Shown piece by piece: positions 18,015 through 28,329 of a DNA stretch of 64,000 nucleotides. How positions within the stretch are numbered: the first letter of the stretch is position 1; each line of letters starts with the position of its first letter. The stretch is from the sequence record OP557969.1, one strand, 5' to 3'. A model generated the notes under the pieces. That model did not search any database. It was not told where the DNA came from and saw only the letters and a list, made by a program, of their open reading frames with translations. The translations under genes were made by a program, and so were the position numbers.

Positions 18015-19213
18015 TGGATTTTCCAGAGAAGTTATTTGTTGCACGTTCCTATATAAACCACAACCAAGTTAATGGTTATATTATCGATGCAACAAAATCA
18101 CACACAAAAGCATTCGAAACAAAGAAAGAAAGAGCTGAGTACTGGGCCAACAAGAACAAACTCCCATCGTTGTATATTGATAATGTACCAACTACAGGTT
18201 TTTGTGTAGTTGATAAATTGACAATTCATGCACGTGAAACATATTTCACTATCCGACATCCTGAAGGATTTGAATTTATGATTAGTTCCAAAAACATGAA
18301 TGATTTGATTATTAATAATGATATAATTAAAGGTGTTTTTGTTGACCCAATGTTTTTCAATAATAACTTAGAGTTGATCAATGGTAAAACAAAAGCATTT
18401 GCTAAGTTGGTTGATAAAGAAAATAAAAAAGAAAAACAAAAAGAAATTGTAGCAGGACTCAAAGTTGGTGATGGCTTCACTTATAACAAAGAAGATTACT
18501 ATTACTGTGGTAAAGTACATGCAATTTGTATAAAGAAAACTAAAGAATTTGCATACCCAGATAAAAGTTCAGTATATCATTTAGTGTTTAATAGTTCTCG
18601 TGGAACTTATGCTTTGAATCAACGTTTGGATAATTACAAACTGGAACCTCGTGCTCTTTTGAATAAGAAGACTACAACAGATGAAGAAATTAAACTTGCT
18701 AATGAATTTTGGCAAAGCTATAGAACAAACAGACATAACCCATTAGGTGAATCTAACATTCCAGTACTGGTACACAATAAATCATTTAAAGCAAAAGACC
18801 TTAAAATTAAATACGAAGAAATAAATGTTGATGATCTTATGAACAATGGACGTTTCAACGAAAACGTACCATTCATGACTAAAGATAATGAACAATCTTA
18901 TCGCGTATTTTTTGGTGTAAGTAATAATACAACACGTAGTTATTACGGGCGTAGTGGAGATTACACTATCCATTACAATGATAAATTTGAACGATTTAGT
19001 GCATATCCAGTTCAAATAGATGATAATGGAATTATGGTAATGGATGTTGATATTAACACACACTCTTCATTCAGTACATGGAATGGTCATCGTTCTCCAT
19101 TCTTTCCACCAAATGAACGCAAAACATCAAGTACTCGTTACTATCAAGATAAGCCGTGTCACGTACAACTAGCAATCAGCAATCCACTTTACATTGGAAA
19201 GTATTATCTATAA
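18011..19213 (+). CDS. Hypothetical protein (400 aa)
   Basis: Long ORF; no motif I can assign. Confidence 0.8.
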   Translation: MMDFPEKLFVARSYINHNQVNGYIIDATKSHTKAFETKKERAEYWANKNKLPSLYIDNVPTTGFCVVDKLTIHARETYFTIRHPEGFEFMISSKNMNDLIINNDIIKGVFVDPMFFNNNLELINGKTKAFAKLVDKENKKEKQKEIVAGLKVGDGFTYNKEDYYYCGKVHAICIKKTKEFAYPDKSSVYHLVFNSSRGTYALNQRLDNYKLEPRALLNKKTTTDEEIKLANEFWQSYRTNRHNPLGESNIPVLVHNKSFKAKDLKIKYEEINVDDLMNNGRFNENVPFMTKDNEQSYRVFFGVSNNTTRSYYGRSGDYTIHYNDKFERFSAYPVQIDDNGIMVMDVDINTHSSFSTWNGHRSPFFPPNERKTSSTRYYQDKPCHVQLAISNPLYIGKYYL

Positions 19214-19224
19214 AGGAATATACA

Positions 19225-20643
19225 ATGAGCATTTTAGCAATTATTGAAAGCATTAAAAATACTAGTAGTACACTAGGCAAAAAAGCTATCCTTGAACAAA
19301 ATAAAGATAACTTAACTTTACAAAAAGTACTGAAATATACTCTCGACCCTTCAATTGTAAGTGGCTATAAGAAACTCCCTGCCGCTGATGACGTAGATCA
19401 ACATATGACGTTAGATGAAGCAATTGATAAGCTAGAATGCATTTACAAGCGTAGCTTGACAGGAAATGCGGGGCGTGATTTCATTGCTTCAGTACTGGGT
19501 TCAGTATCAGAAGATGATCAGGAAGTTCTCCGTAAAATGCTCACTAAGAACCTTGATTGTGGTATCCAAGAAAAGAACTGCAATGATGTGTTTGGTAAAG
19601 GATTCATCAAAGACGAACCATATATGCGTTGTTCTTTGATTGACAAAAAGACTGCAAAGAACATTAACTTCAAAGACTATGGCTATGCAGTCTCTGAGGT
19701 GAAAATGGATGGTCAGTACTTGAACCACGTTGTCATTAATGGTTCATTAACTTCTACATCCCGTAATGGTAAACTCTACGACTTCCTGGGTTGTCGTGAT
19801 GGTGAGATGGCAGGTCTTGCTCACATCATCCAAAGTAAAGATGAACGTTTTAGTAGTGGTGTAGTCTTTATGGGTGAAGGTGTAGTACTGGATACTGATG
19901 GAGAAACCATTCTCCCGCGTACTACAGGTAATGGTATTATTCAGAAAGCTGGAAAAGATTCAATCACTCAAAGTGAAGCAATGCGTACTGTATTCGTTCT
20001 ATGGGATGTTGTTCCATATGATGCATTCAGTGAAGGTGTATGGAATGTAAAACGTAAAGAACGCCGCGAGATCTTAGTTGGTGCAATCAATGAACTCGGT
20101 AGTGAATTTGTTCGTATGGTTGGGTTCCGTAAAGTTAACAACATCAAAGAAGCATTTGAGTACAACAGTGAACTGATGAACAAAGGTGAAGAAGGTTCAG
20201 TACTGAAATGTGAAGATGGTATCTGGAAATCTCATACTTCTCCTAAGCAGTTGAAAATGAAACTTAAGATGCAATTGGATTTGCGTATTGTTGGTTTCAA
20301 TGAAGGTGAAGGTAAGCGTAAAGGTAGCCTTGGTTCTTTACAACTGGAAAGTGCATGTGGTACACTAAAAGTAAATGTAGGTACAGGTATCCGTGAAAAA
20401 GATGCCGAATGGACGTTTAAAACCATTTGGGAAAGAATGCAAGAACTCATTGGTAAAGTAGTAACCGTGGAGTGCAATGATATAGTACAAGATAAGCGTA
20501 CTGGCGAACCATCACTATTTTTACCTGTGTTTATTGAATTTAGATTTGACAAAAACACTTGCGACGATTATACTCGTATCTTAGAAATTCGTGATAGTGC
20601 AGTTGAAGTGTTTTCAAACAGTATTATTGAAGTTTTAGGTTAA
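19225..20643 (+). CDS. lig: ATP-dependent DNA ligase (T4 gp30-like)
   Basis: SEVKMDG, FMGEG, WDVVP, EEGSVLK, LKMK, OB-fold with PVFIEFRFDK; ATG 19225 after AAGGA. Confidence 0.95.
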   Translation: MSILAIIESIKNTSSTLGKKAILEQNKDNLTLQKVLKYTLDPSIVSGYKKLPAADDVDQHMTLDEAIDKLECIYKRSLTGNAGRDFIASVLGSVSEDDQEVLRKMLTKNLDCGIQEKNCNDVFGKGFIKDEPYMRCSLIDKKTAKNINFKDYGYAVSEVKMDGQYLNHVVINGSLTSTSRNGKLYDFLGCRDGEMAGLAHIIQSKDERFSSGVVFMGEGVVLDTDGETILPRTTGNGIIQKAGKDSITQSEAMRTVFVLWDVVPYDAFSEGVWNVKRKERREILVGAINELGSEFVRMVGFRKVNNIKEAFEYNSELMNKGEEGSVLKCEDGIWKSHTSPKQLKMKLKMQLDLRIVGFNEGEGKRKGSLGSLQLESACGTLKVNVGTGIREKDAEWTFKTIWERMQELIGKVVTVECNDIVQDKRTGEPSLFLPVFIEFRFDKNTCDDYTRILEIRDSAVEVFSNSIIEVLG

Positions 20644-20662
20644 CCATTTATTGGAGGTAATT

Positions 20663-21454
20663 ATGAAATTTGTCGTAACATCTGATGTACACGGTAGTAC
20701 TGATTACCTCCATAGTGGGGATTACAGCGATACAGTACTGATTATTGCGGGAGACTTCGATGAAGTTAAACGAAGTCGTTATCGTACTGGTATTGAATCA
20801 CTGTGTAAGCAGTTCAAGAATGTAGTTCTGGTTCCAGGAAACCATGAGTATTATGGTTCAAACATTCACAAAACGCATCGAGTACTGTCCGATATGCAAG
20901 ATGAGATTCCAAATTTCATCTTTTTGCAAAACAAATTTGTATGGCTGGATGGTGTACTGCTCGTTGGTAGCACACTATGGACTGACTTTGATAAAGGCAA
21001 TGCACTGGTTAAGTTTGATGCTCAACAAAAGATGAATGATTATAAACACATTCGTCATGGAACAACATCAGAACCGTGGAAACGTAAACTCAAACCTGAT
21101 GATGTTGAGTTCATGCATTATCAGGATAAACAATTTATCAAAAATTCAGTTGATACAGTTCGTCTAATGAATGATAATGATATCAAGGTTGTGGTGGTAA
21201 CACATCATGCACCAAGTTATCAGAGTGTATCTCCGAGATACAAGAATGACTCACTGAATGGATGTTATTGTTCTGATATGGACCAGTACATCGAAGATTT
21301 GGGTGCTGATGTTTGGATTCATGGTCACGTTCATAGTAGCTTTGACTACCACATTGGTAAGACACGTATCATTTGTAATCCACGAGGCTATGAATCGTAC
21401 AGTGGTGCTTGTGAGAATTTTGATTACAATCCAAAATTTGTAGTTGAAATCTAA
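20663..21454 (+). CDS. Calcineurin-like metallophosphoesterase
   Basis: SDVHG, AGDF, GNHEYY, THHAP, WIHGHVH, NPRGY. Confidence 0.9.
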   Translation: MKFVVTSDVHGSTDYLHSGDYSDTVLIIAGDFDEVKRSRYRTGIESLCKQFKNVVLVPGNHEYYGSNIHKTHRVLSDMQDEIPNFIFLQNKFVWLDGVLLVGSTLWTDFDKGNALVKFDAQQKMNDYKHIRHGTTSEPWKRKLKPDDVEFMHYQDKQFIKNSVDTVRLMNDNDIKVVVVTHHAPSYQSVSPRYKNDSLNGCYCSDMDQYIEDLGADVWIHGHVHSSFDYHIGKTRIICNPRGYESYSGACENFDYNPKFVVEI

Positions 21455-21463
21455 GGTAAGGTT

Positions 21464-21859
21464 ATGATACATACATTTCACATTGATGATAAGATGCTTG
21501 TTATATTGAGTTGCTGTCATATGTTTCAACGATTGGGTATGCGTATGCTATACTCTTGTGACAAAATCCAATACTACAATCCTGATGGTACTGGTACAGT
21601 GATGAAAGATAGATATAACTTCACCCGTGATGTAAAACGAGCAGACGATTTAGATTCATTTGTGGGAAAGGCGTATGTTCTTGTTCATGATGACAGTCGT
21701 GGTGATGTGTTACCATTCAGCACTTTATCAATTAATATGTTCTTTAAATATGAACAATTTTCAAATACACTAAGAATGATTGAGATTGATTTTGATAACA
21801 TTCCTGTTGGTACACGTTATGAATTTCTTTATGCCCTTACCACAATAGGGGTGTACTGA
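21464..21859 (+). CDS. Hypothetical protein
   Basis: ORF track; SD AAGG. Confidence 0.75.
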   Translation: MIHTFHIDDKMLVILSCCHMFQRLGMRMLYSCDKIQYYNPDGTGTVMKDRYNFTRDVKRADDLDSFVGKAYVLVHDDSRGDVLPFSTLSINMFFKYEQFSNTLRMIEIDFDNIPVGTRYEFLYALTTIGVY

Positions 21860-22242
21860 TGGAAAATGTCGTTGTATATGTATTTGAGATCAATAATGAA
21901 ATCAAGTACGTAATTAATGGTTATAAACATTACACAAGAGCAGACCGAAAGCTGGAAATATATTCAAAAGAAGCAAGAAACTACTGCTTAGGTGATGATT
22001 CAGTTGAGGTTTGGATTGATGGAAATGCAGAGTATTTTGATGCTGACTTCTATGATGATCTTGACAAATCAAATGACTTGTACATTTATGTAGAAAATGA
22101 ACATTATTACACAAATTCTTTGTTTGACATTACCGACAGTACAGTATATGATACTGCTATGGTTAAGTTACTAAAGATTGACCACGATATGTTTAATAAA
22201 CATACAATTTGTGGTTTATTAGATTTTTTCAGAAACTTGTAG
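21859..22242 (+). CDS. Hypothetical protein
   Basis: ORF track; TGATG overlap; weak resemblance to upstream ORF. Confidence 0.75.
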   Translation: MENVVVYVFEINNEIKYVINGYKHYTRADRKLEIYSKEARNYCLGDDSVEVWIDGNAEYFDADFYDDLDKSNDLYIYVENEHYYTNSLFDITDSTVYDTAMVKLLKIDHDMFNKHTICGLLDFFRNL

Positions 22243-22267
22243 ACAAATACGATCACTGTGATATAAT
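22240..22267 (+). promoter_or_regulatory. Sigma70-like promoter of clpP
   Basis: TAGACA-16 nt-TATAAT with TGTGA before -10. Confidence 0.7.
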
Positions 22268-22301
22268 ACTCACATAAATGAAACAATAGAGGAAAATAAC
22301 A

Positions 22302-22997
22302 ATGGTTGAACAATTCAATTTTGGTGGTTATGCTAATGGTGAAGTAAGTAACATTTCTATTCCATATGTAGTTGAGAAAGTTAATGGTTCAGAACGTACA
22401 TATGATCTAGCATCTCGTATGATGCAAGACCGTATCATTTTCCTTGATACTGACTTCAATGACCAAATGGCACATATCATCAAACAACAATTGGTGTGGT
22501 TAGACTCACAAGGTGATTCCCCTATTACATTCTATATTAGCTCACCGGGCGGTTCAGTACACGCAGGATTGGGTATTGCAGATGTTGCCAAGTCTTGTGT
22601 TTCACCAATTCGTACTGTAGTAATGGGTTATGCAGCTTCAATGGGGTGTTATACTCAATCGGTAATTGGTACTAAAGGTTTTCGTTTAGGTGGTAAGCGT
22701 TCTTACTTTATGTGTCATCAAGTAAGTTCTGGCACACAAGGTTTAATTACCGACCAGAAGATTTCACTTAAACATTCTGATGAATTGAATACACTATTGA
22801 CCAAAGAAATCGCAGAAGCAGTAGGTGTTTCTCATGAACAACTACTGAAAGATGCAGACCGTGATTTGTGGTTGAATGCTGAAGAAGCACTCGAATATGG
22901 TGAAAAAGGATTTATCGATGGTATTATCCTTGGACCACGCAACGAGAAAGGTCAATACCTAGTCAAGCGTCGTGGTGGTGTTGAAGAGTGGGTGTAA
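22302..22997 (+). CDS. clpP: ClpP protease proteolytic subunit
   Basis: RIIFL, SPGGSV, AASMG (Ser), MCHQ (His), DRDLWLNAEEALEYG (Asp). Confidence 0.93.
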   Translation: MVEQFNFGGYANGEVSNISIPYVVEKVNGSERTYDLASRMMQDRIIFLDTDFNDQMAHIIKQQLVWLDSQGDSPITFYISSPGGSVHAGLGIADVAKSCVSPIRTVVMGYAASMGCYTQSVIGTKGFRLGGKRSYFMCHQVSSGTQGLITDQKISLKHSDELNTLLTKEIAEAVGVSHEQLLKDADRDLWLNAEEALEYGEKGFIDGIILGPRNEKGQYLVKRRGGVEEWV

Positions 22998-23008
22998 AAT
23001 AGTTTTAT

Positions 23009-23036
23009 TGATACCCCAAATGGGGTATCATCTTTT
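23009..23036 (+). terminator. Intrinsic terminator
   Basis: TGATACCCCA/TGGGGTATCA stem plus TCTTTT. Confidence 0.75.
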
Positions 23037-23045
23037 GGAGATTAT

Positions 23046-23336
23046 ATGAAAGTTCTAGTTCGTAATAATACTGAAGTGGAAAGTGTATTAGATGATTCCG
23101 ATTTTATTAATGTTGCATTCGACCAAATGAGCACAGTAGTGCTTGAATTAAAAAATATAGATGAAGCCGAACGTGTACTGAATGGATTTGCAATTGTGCT
23201 TGAATTAATGAAAGAAGTATTAATTAAAAAGAACATGAATCCAGGTGATGTGGTTAAACATGCAGAAGCTGAGCGTAAAGAACACGGGTCATTCTCTGAT
23301 AAAAAATACATTCAAACTGATGAGGTAAAAGAATAA
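23046..23336 (+). CDS. Hypothetical protein
   Basis: ORF track; SD GGAG. Confidence 0.75.
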   Translation: MKVLVRNNTEVESVLDDSDFINVAFDQMSTVVLELKNIDEAERVLNGFAIVLELMKEVLIKKNMNPGDVVKHAEAERKEHGSFSDKKYIQTDEVKE

Positions 23337-23337
23337 T

Positions 23338-23784
23338 ATGTCCAATGCACAATATAAAGATGGTTATGACGCATACAAAGCAAAAGTAGTTCTAAGTGCT
23401 GAACAACTAAAAATGCAGCACCCATTGTATCGTCAGGGTTATCGTGCAGCACAAGCAGAATCGATGAAGAAAAATAATGTAACTTTCCCTACGACGTTAT
23501 ATGATATTCCAAAACGCCCACACATTTTTAAAGCAGAATGGACTGATATTATGGCAGCAACTAAACGTCCTCGTTTTGCTAAACTTCACACTGATGAAGG
23601 TCGATGGCTACTAATGGGTATTATGAAAGCAGTTGAGAATCAATCTCACAAAATCGTTCGTTATAAAGATGTTGTGGCTATGGTTGATAAAGCATTTGAT
23701 CTCGTGCTACAATACGGCTATGAAGAAGGCGTATTAACTGTTGCAGATTGTGAACAATATCAGTACACACCTTTTCAAAAATAG
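23338..23784 (+). CDS. Hypothetical protein
   Basis: ORF track; SD GAGG. Confidence 0.8.
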   Translation: MSNAQYKDGYDAYKAKVVLSAEQLKMQHPLYRQGYRAAQAESMKKNNVTFPTTLYDIPKRPHIFKAEWTDIMAATKRPRFAKLHTDEGRWLLMGIMKAVENQSHKIVRYKDVVAMVDKAFDLVLQYGYEEGVLTVADCEQYQYTPFQK

Positions 23785-23791
23785 TATAACA

Positions 23792-23822
23792 AAAAGGAAT
23801 CCAGATCTGGATTCCTTTTCTT
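23792..23822 (+). terminator. Intrinsic terminator
   Basis: AAAAGGAATCCAG/CTGGATTCCTTTT stem. Confidence 0.85.
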
Positions 23823-23875
23823 ATTACTGTATACTTAAATGAATATATGAAATTAGTTCTGGTTTAGAGGACATA

Positions 23876-24400
23876 ATGAAATATACACAACTAAACAACA
23901 ATGATACTAATATATGGTTAGGAAATATATCTAAAACACTTGAATTGGTTAAATTCACACTACAAAAATCGGTCGATATTGAAATTAATATTAAGAAAGA
24001 AATATTAAAACATTATCATAAAAATAAATTTTACAAGTTTATTTCTAAATTAATCTATGGGTTATATGATATTGAAGATATTTGTATTGGGTACAGTACT
24101 GGTATTTGTTTCACTACTGATGGTATAATGAATGATTTAAATTTTCGACTAACCCGCGAAGAACAAGATTTTCGTATATTTTGTGATAATATCATGAATG
24201 AAGATAAAATCCAATTTGTGATTGAATTGAGTCAGATATGGTCTGTATATGCAGACAAACCATTCGAAATTAATGAATCAGATATATTAAACTATATTCG
24301 AATAATGAAAATTCATGATTTATGTAAAAACGCATTACTAAGTATTGGAGCCTATGATGAAGCATACGACGTGGTTAAAGATAGCAGAAGTGGTTGCTGA
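23876..24400 (+). CDS. Hypothetical protein
   Basis: ORF track; SD GAGGA. Confidence 0.75.
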   Translation: MKYTQLNNNDTNIWLGNISKTLELVKFTLQKSVDIEINIKKEILKHYHKNKFYKFISKLIYGLYDIEDICIGYSTGICFTTDGIMNDLNFRLTREEQDFRIFCDNIMNEDKIQFVIELSQIWSVYADKPFEINESDILNYIRIMKIHDLCKNALLSIGAYDEAYDVVKDSRSGC

Positions 24401-24836
24401 AGAAAGTAAATGTCTTTCTCAAAAAGTTGGGTGTGTGATTGTTAAAAATAACCGAGTATTGAGTACTGGTTATAATGGTACTCCATCTAAACAACCTAAT
24501 TGTTGTGATGTTAATCAACATTTAGTTAAGAATGGTCGTTTTCAAGACTGGATTAGTGATGAAGCAAAGCATGAACACCATGAGTGGAGTAATATTCATG
24601 AAATACATGCAGAAATGAATGCACTGTTATATAGTTCTCCGACTGAGCGTCAAGGTTCAACACTTTACACAACACTCCAACCGTGTTATACTTGTTCTAA
24701 ATTGATAGCGGGGAGTGGTGTTTCTCGTGTAATTTATCAAAAAAGTTATCCTCGTACTCCACCAGAGGCTATTAAAGTACTGGAAGATGCTGGGATTATT
24801 GTAAATTGCATTTATGATAAGGATCTTGACAAATGA
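24354..24836 (+). CDS. cd: dCMP deaminase
   Basis: KVGCVIV, STGYNGTP, HAEMNAL, PCYTCSK. Confidence 0.92.
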   Translation: MMKHTTWLKIAEVVAEESKCLSQKVGCVIVKNNRVLSTGYNGTPSKQPNCCDVNQHLVKNGRFQDWISDEAKHEHHEWSNIHEIHAEMNALLYSSPTERQGSTLYTTLQPCYTCSKLIAGSGVSRVIYQKSYPRTPPEAIKVLEDAGIIVNCIYDKDLDK

Positions 24837-25090
24837 CATTATTGGCAATCGCTGGTTTTTTGTTTATATTAGTTTTCTTGTTATTATTGGTAATGTTTGT
24901 TATTGATGATAACGATGGATATTTCAGAAATTATAAAGTACGCTTTTCTGCACAAAATAATAAGTATTATATTGTGAATTGTATTAAACATCGTGAAAAG
25001 AATGTAACAAATAGATTTGGATTTACAATTTATTACAAAGACCGCGTAGAGGCTGATATGATTTGTCAAAAACTTAACACAGTAGAATAA
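24833..25090 (+). CDS. Membrane-anchored hypothetical protein
   Basis: N-terminal TM segment. Confidence 0.7.
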   Translation: MTLLAIAGFLFILVFLLLLVMFVIDDNDGYFRNYKVRFSAQNNKYYIVNCIKHREKNVTNRFGFTIYYKDRVEADMICQKLNTVE

Positions 25091-25326
25091 AAAAAGGAGC
25101 CATATGGCTCCTTTTTTATGTTTTTACGTAAGATGTATAGATCATTATTCAATTTGATTTTGTGAATCATATACATAGAACAAAAACCTCCAACACCTGC
25201 TTTTTCATCTTTTAATTTAATGAAGAAAGTATCATCTCTTAGACTTTCATCTGAATTTTCGATACTATCAATAGAAAAAGGAAGTCTTCCGGTTAATGCA
25301 ATTATGCTACTCTAAGGAAAGTGCAT
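25066..25326 (-). pseudogene. Cryptic or degenerate ORF homologous to the N-terminal domain of the adjacent Ig-repeat protein
   Basis: Open frame 25305-25066: TGRLPFSIDSI and DDTFFIKLKD...GFCSMYMIHKIKLNND align to EGKLPFGIGGI and DNSFMIYVDD...GYATLYMGRIIKLNNG; nearest in-frame ATG (25326) is followed by TAG at 25314. Confidence 0.5.
25091..25117. terminator. Bidirectional terminator between convergent units
   Basis: A-tract, GGAGCC-ATAT-GGCTCC, T-tract. Confidence 0.85.
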
Positions 25327-25343
25327 GATAATTATCATGCACT
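25320..25343. repeat. Perfect 24-bp palindrome, probably terminator of the Ig-repeat gene
   Basis: AGTGCATGATAA|TTATCATGCACT. Confidence 0.75.
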
Positions 25344-25356
25344 ATATTATTAAAAA

Positions 25357-28029
25357 TTAAGCACTGATTGTTACAGTTGCAGTATCTTTTTTATTACCAT
25401 CCACTGTAGTCACTGTAATGATTACAGAACCTTCTTCTAGAGCAGTTACTAATCCATCATCACTAATAGATACTTTAGTAGGTTTATCTGCACTATAAGT
25501 TACTGATTTGTTAGTTGCTTTAGCTGGTAGAACTTCTGGAACTAGTTGAACTGTTTTAGTTCCTGATAGTGAAAGTTCAGTAGTTTTAGGTGTTAAACTA
25601 ACACTGGATACTGGAACTGGAATATTAACGATTACTGATGTTTGACCAGTAACATCACTACCATCAGCGGCAGTAGCGATAATATTTGCAGTACCATTAG
25701 TTAGTGCAGTTACGATACCAGTATTAGCATCTACTTTAGCAATTTCTGGAGCACTGGATGACCAAATTACATTTTTATTGGTTGCATCACTTGGGGTAAT
25801 TGCAGCAGCCATTTGTTTAGTTGCATTCAATGTAGTCAAAGTTTGATCTTTAGGAGTTACATCAATTGCAGTTACTGGCACTGGAATATTAACAGTAATA
25901 ACACCTTGACCTGTTTTACCACTTCCATCAGCAGCAGTTGCGATAATGTTTGCAGAACCGTTAGTTAACGCAGTTACAACACCAGTACTAGCATCTACTT
26001 TCGCTACAGCAGGTTTACTGGAAGACCATGTTACAGATTTATTTGTTGCGTTAGTTGGAAGAACTTCAGCAGCCATTGCTTGAGTTGCGTTAACAGCAGT
26101 CAATGTTTTAGTTGCTGGAGTAACATTAATAGATGCGACTGGAACTGGAATTGCTACAGTTACCGCACATTTTGCAGTTTTTGCTCCATCAGCAGTTGTT
26201 ACTGTGATATCAGCAGTGCCATTTGCTACAGCAGTGATTAAACCAGTTGGACTAACAGTTGCCACTCCATCAGCAGAAGTACTATAAGTTACTGCTTTGT
26301 TGGTAGCATTAGGTGGTAGTACAGTTGGTGTTAGTTGTTGAGTATCACCGACTGAAGTTAATTTAGCACTTGTTGGAGATACTGATACACTTGCAACAGG
26401 AACTGGAATGTTAACAGTTACCACGCAAACTTTAGAAAATCCACCATCAGATGTGGTTGCTGTAATATTTGCAGTACCGTTTGCAACAGCAGTGATTAAA
26501 CCAGTTGGACTTACCGTTGCGACACCCTCAGCAGAAGTAGTGTATGAAATATCTTTACGACGAGCGTTATCTGGAATAACAGATGCAGTTAGTTGTTGAG
26601 TAGCACCTACAGAAGTTAGGGTTGCTGTCAACGGAGTCATATTAATTCCAGTTACTGGGATCGTTACATCAATCACTGATTCAGCAGTTTTAGCACCATC
26701 ATCAGTGGTAACAGTAATAGTTGTAGTACCGTTATCAACCGAAGTTACTAGACCAGTATTACTAACTTTTGCTACGTCTGGATATGAAGAAACATATGAA
26801 ACTGCTTTATTGGATGCAGTTGCAGGAGCAACGGTTGTTTCTAATTGTTTAGTATCACCTAATGTTGAGAATGTATAAGTACTAGGAGTCATTGTGACAC
26901 CAGATACTGGTGTTTTCACTGTGATTGTAGTAGTGTCCGTTTTAGCACCATCTTCGGTTGTAGCTGTAATCACCACTGTGCCGTTAGCCACACCAGTTAC
27001 TAGACCAGAAGTAGGGTTAACAGTTGCTATATCAGGTGTTGCTGAAGACCACGTGACGTTTTTATTAGTTGCATCATCAGGAGATATTGTAGCAGTTAAT
27101 TGTTGAGTACTGCCAACGTTAATTGATGCAGTTTTAGGAGAAACAACAACACCACTAACTGGAGTTGTTACAGTAACAGTACATTTTGAAACAAATGAAC
27201 CATCAACTGTAGTTGCAATTACATCAGTACTGCCATCTGCAATACCAGTTACCATACCAGTTGGACTTACAGTTGCGAAGCGTGGTATACTGGATGACCA
27301 AATAACACTTTTATCACTTGCATCATCGGGTGATACGGTAGCTGTTAGTTGATGAGTTTTACCAACACCAAGAGATAGAGTTGAAGGAGAAACAACAACA
27401 CCACTAACTGGAGTTGTTACAGTAAATGCACAAACATCGGTGAAACCACCATCATGAGTAGTAACTGTTACATTTGCATTACCATTAGCACGGGCAATTG
27501 CTAAACCAGTTTGAGCATCAACTTCAACTATTGTTGGAGCAGAGGAACTATAACTTACTGTTGGATCATTTGCATAATCTGGATTAATTGTAGCTGATAG
27601 TTGTTGTGTGCTACCAACTTTAAGTGCTACTACTTTGGGTGAAATAATAACACCATTAACTGGTGTAGTATAATCACGTTTAACCACACGACCATTGTTC
27701 AATTTAATAATACGACCCATATAAAGAGTAGCATATCCCTTACTAATCCCATCATCTACATAAATCATAAATGAATTGTCTTGAACCATATTAATTGCGT
27801 CTACTGGCTTAACAGTATTTGGAATGTCGATACCACGGGTATCATACCAACACATGGAAACTTTGTAATATATATCACCATTATCATTGATGAGATCATA
27901 CACGTTACTGGAACGTTGACGGTTAATATATAAAGTTTCGGTTAATACCTTACCATCGATTTTAGCGACAGAAACTTTAATACCACCAATACCAAATGGC
28001 AATTTACCTTCACTAGATATTGCTTTCAT
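25357..28029 (-). CDS. Virion-type protein with nine tandem Ig-like (Big_2) domains
   Basis: Nine PV-x-x-V-x-x-x-P ... W/Y-SSS-x-P-x-VA-x-V-x-x-x-G-x-VT repeats after a ~120-aa unique N-domain; late promoter upstream. Confidence 0.9.
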   Translation of the reverse strand: MKAISSEGKLPFGIGGIKVSVAKIDGKVLTETLYINRQRSSNVYDLINDNGDIYYKVSMCWYDTRGIDIPNTVKPVDAINMVQDNSFMIYVDDGISKGYATLYMGRIIKLNNGRVVKRDYTTPVNGVIISPKVVALKVGSTQQLSATINPDYANDPTVSYSSSAPTIVEVDAQTGLAIARANGNANVTVTTHDGGFTDVCAFTVTTPVSGVVVSPSTLSLGVGKTHQLTATVSPDDASDKSVIWSSSIPRFATVSPTGMVTGIADGSTDVIATTVDGSFVSKCTVTVTTPVSGVVVSPKTASINVGSTQQLTATISPDDATNKNVTWSSATPDIATVNPTSGLVTGVANGTVVITATTEDGAKTDTTTITVKTPVSGVTMTPSTYTFSTLGDTKQLETTVAPATASNKAVSYVSSYPDVAKVSNTGLVTSVDNGTTTITVTTDDGAKTAESVIDVTIPVTGINMTPLTATLTSVGATQQLTASVIPDNARRKDISYTTSAEGVATVSPTGLITAVANGTANITATTSDGGFSKVCVVTVNIPVPVASVSVSPTSAKLTSVGDTQQLTPTVLPPNATNKAVTYSTSADGVATVSPTGLITAVANGTADITVTTADGAKTAKCAVTVAIPVPVASINVTPATKTLTAVNATQAMAAEVLPTNATNKSVTWSSSKPAVAKVDASTGVVTALTNGSANIIATAADGSGKTGQGVITVNIPVPVTAIDVTPKDQTLTTLNATKQMAAAITPSDATNKNVIWSSSAPEIAKVDANTGIVTALTNGTANIIATAADGSDVTGQTSVIVNIPVPVSSVSLTPKTTELSLSGTKTVQLVPEVLPAKATNKSVTYSADKPTKVSISDDGLVTALEEGSVIITVTTVDGNKKDTATVTISA

Positions 28030-28066
28030 ATACTTTCCTTTATAAAATTGTATTGTATTGTTATAT

Positions 28067-28074
28067 TATTTATA
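28067..28074 (-). promoter_or_regulatory. T4-type late promoter TATAAATA
   Basis: Exact match on minus strand, 38 nt upstream of the Ig gene. Confidence 0.7.
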
Positions 28075-28265
28075 TTATAACAAAATTATTTTAGTATTAA
28101 AAAGGTGTTCGAATGCTTCTTGAAATCTGGCTTGGACAGGTCAATCTTTGCTTTTAAAATGGAATTGTAAACTGCCTCCTGATATGATATCATAGTTTAA
28201 ATGGTAAATCAATAAACTTAACAAAAAAAACTTGCTACTACAGTCATAATTGTTCAATTTTGTAC

Positions 28266-28294
28266 TTGACATAATTAATCAATTATTGTACTAT
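28266..28294 (+). promoter_or_regulatory. Sigma70-like promoter
   Basis: TTGACA-17 nt-TACTAT. Confidence 0.55.
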
Positions 28295-28329
28295 TGTTAA
28301 TGTTCCTTAACTCAAATCCGAGGTAATCA

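Noticed and set aside
22257-22274. TGTGA-N8-TCACA over the clpP promoter as a CRP site
   Set aside because: CRP prefers N6 spacing, and TGTGA is part of the phage promoter motif seen at sites lacking TCACA.
25357-27660. Short DNA repeats such as ACAGCAGTGATTAAACCAGTTGGACT and AACAACAACACCACTAACTGGAGTTGTTACAGTAA
   Set aside because: Fully explained by tandem Big_2 domain duplication.
28086-28193. 35-codon minus-strand ORF in the divergent promoter region
   Set aside because: No SD and no motif; length is compatible with chance.
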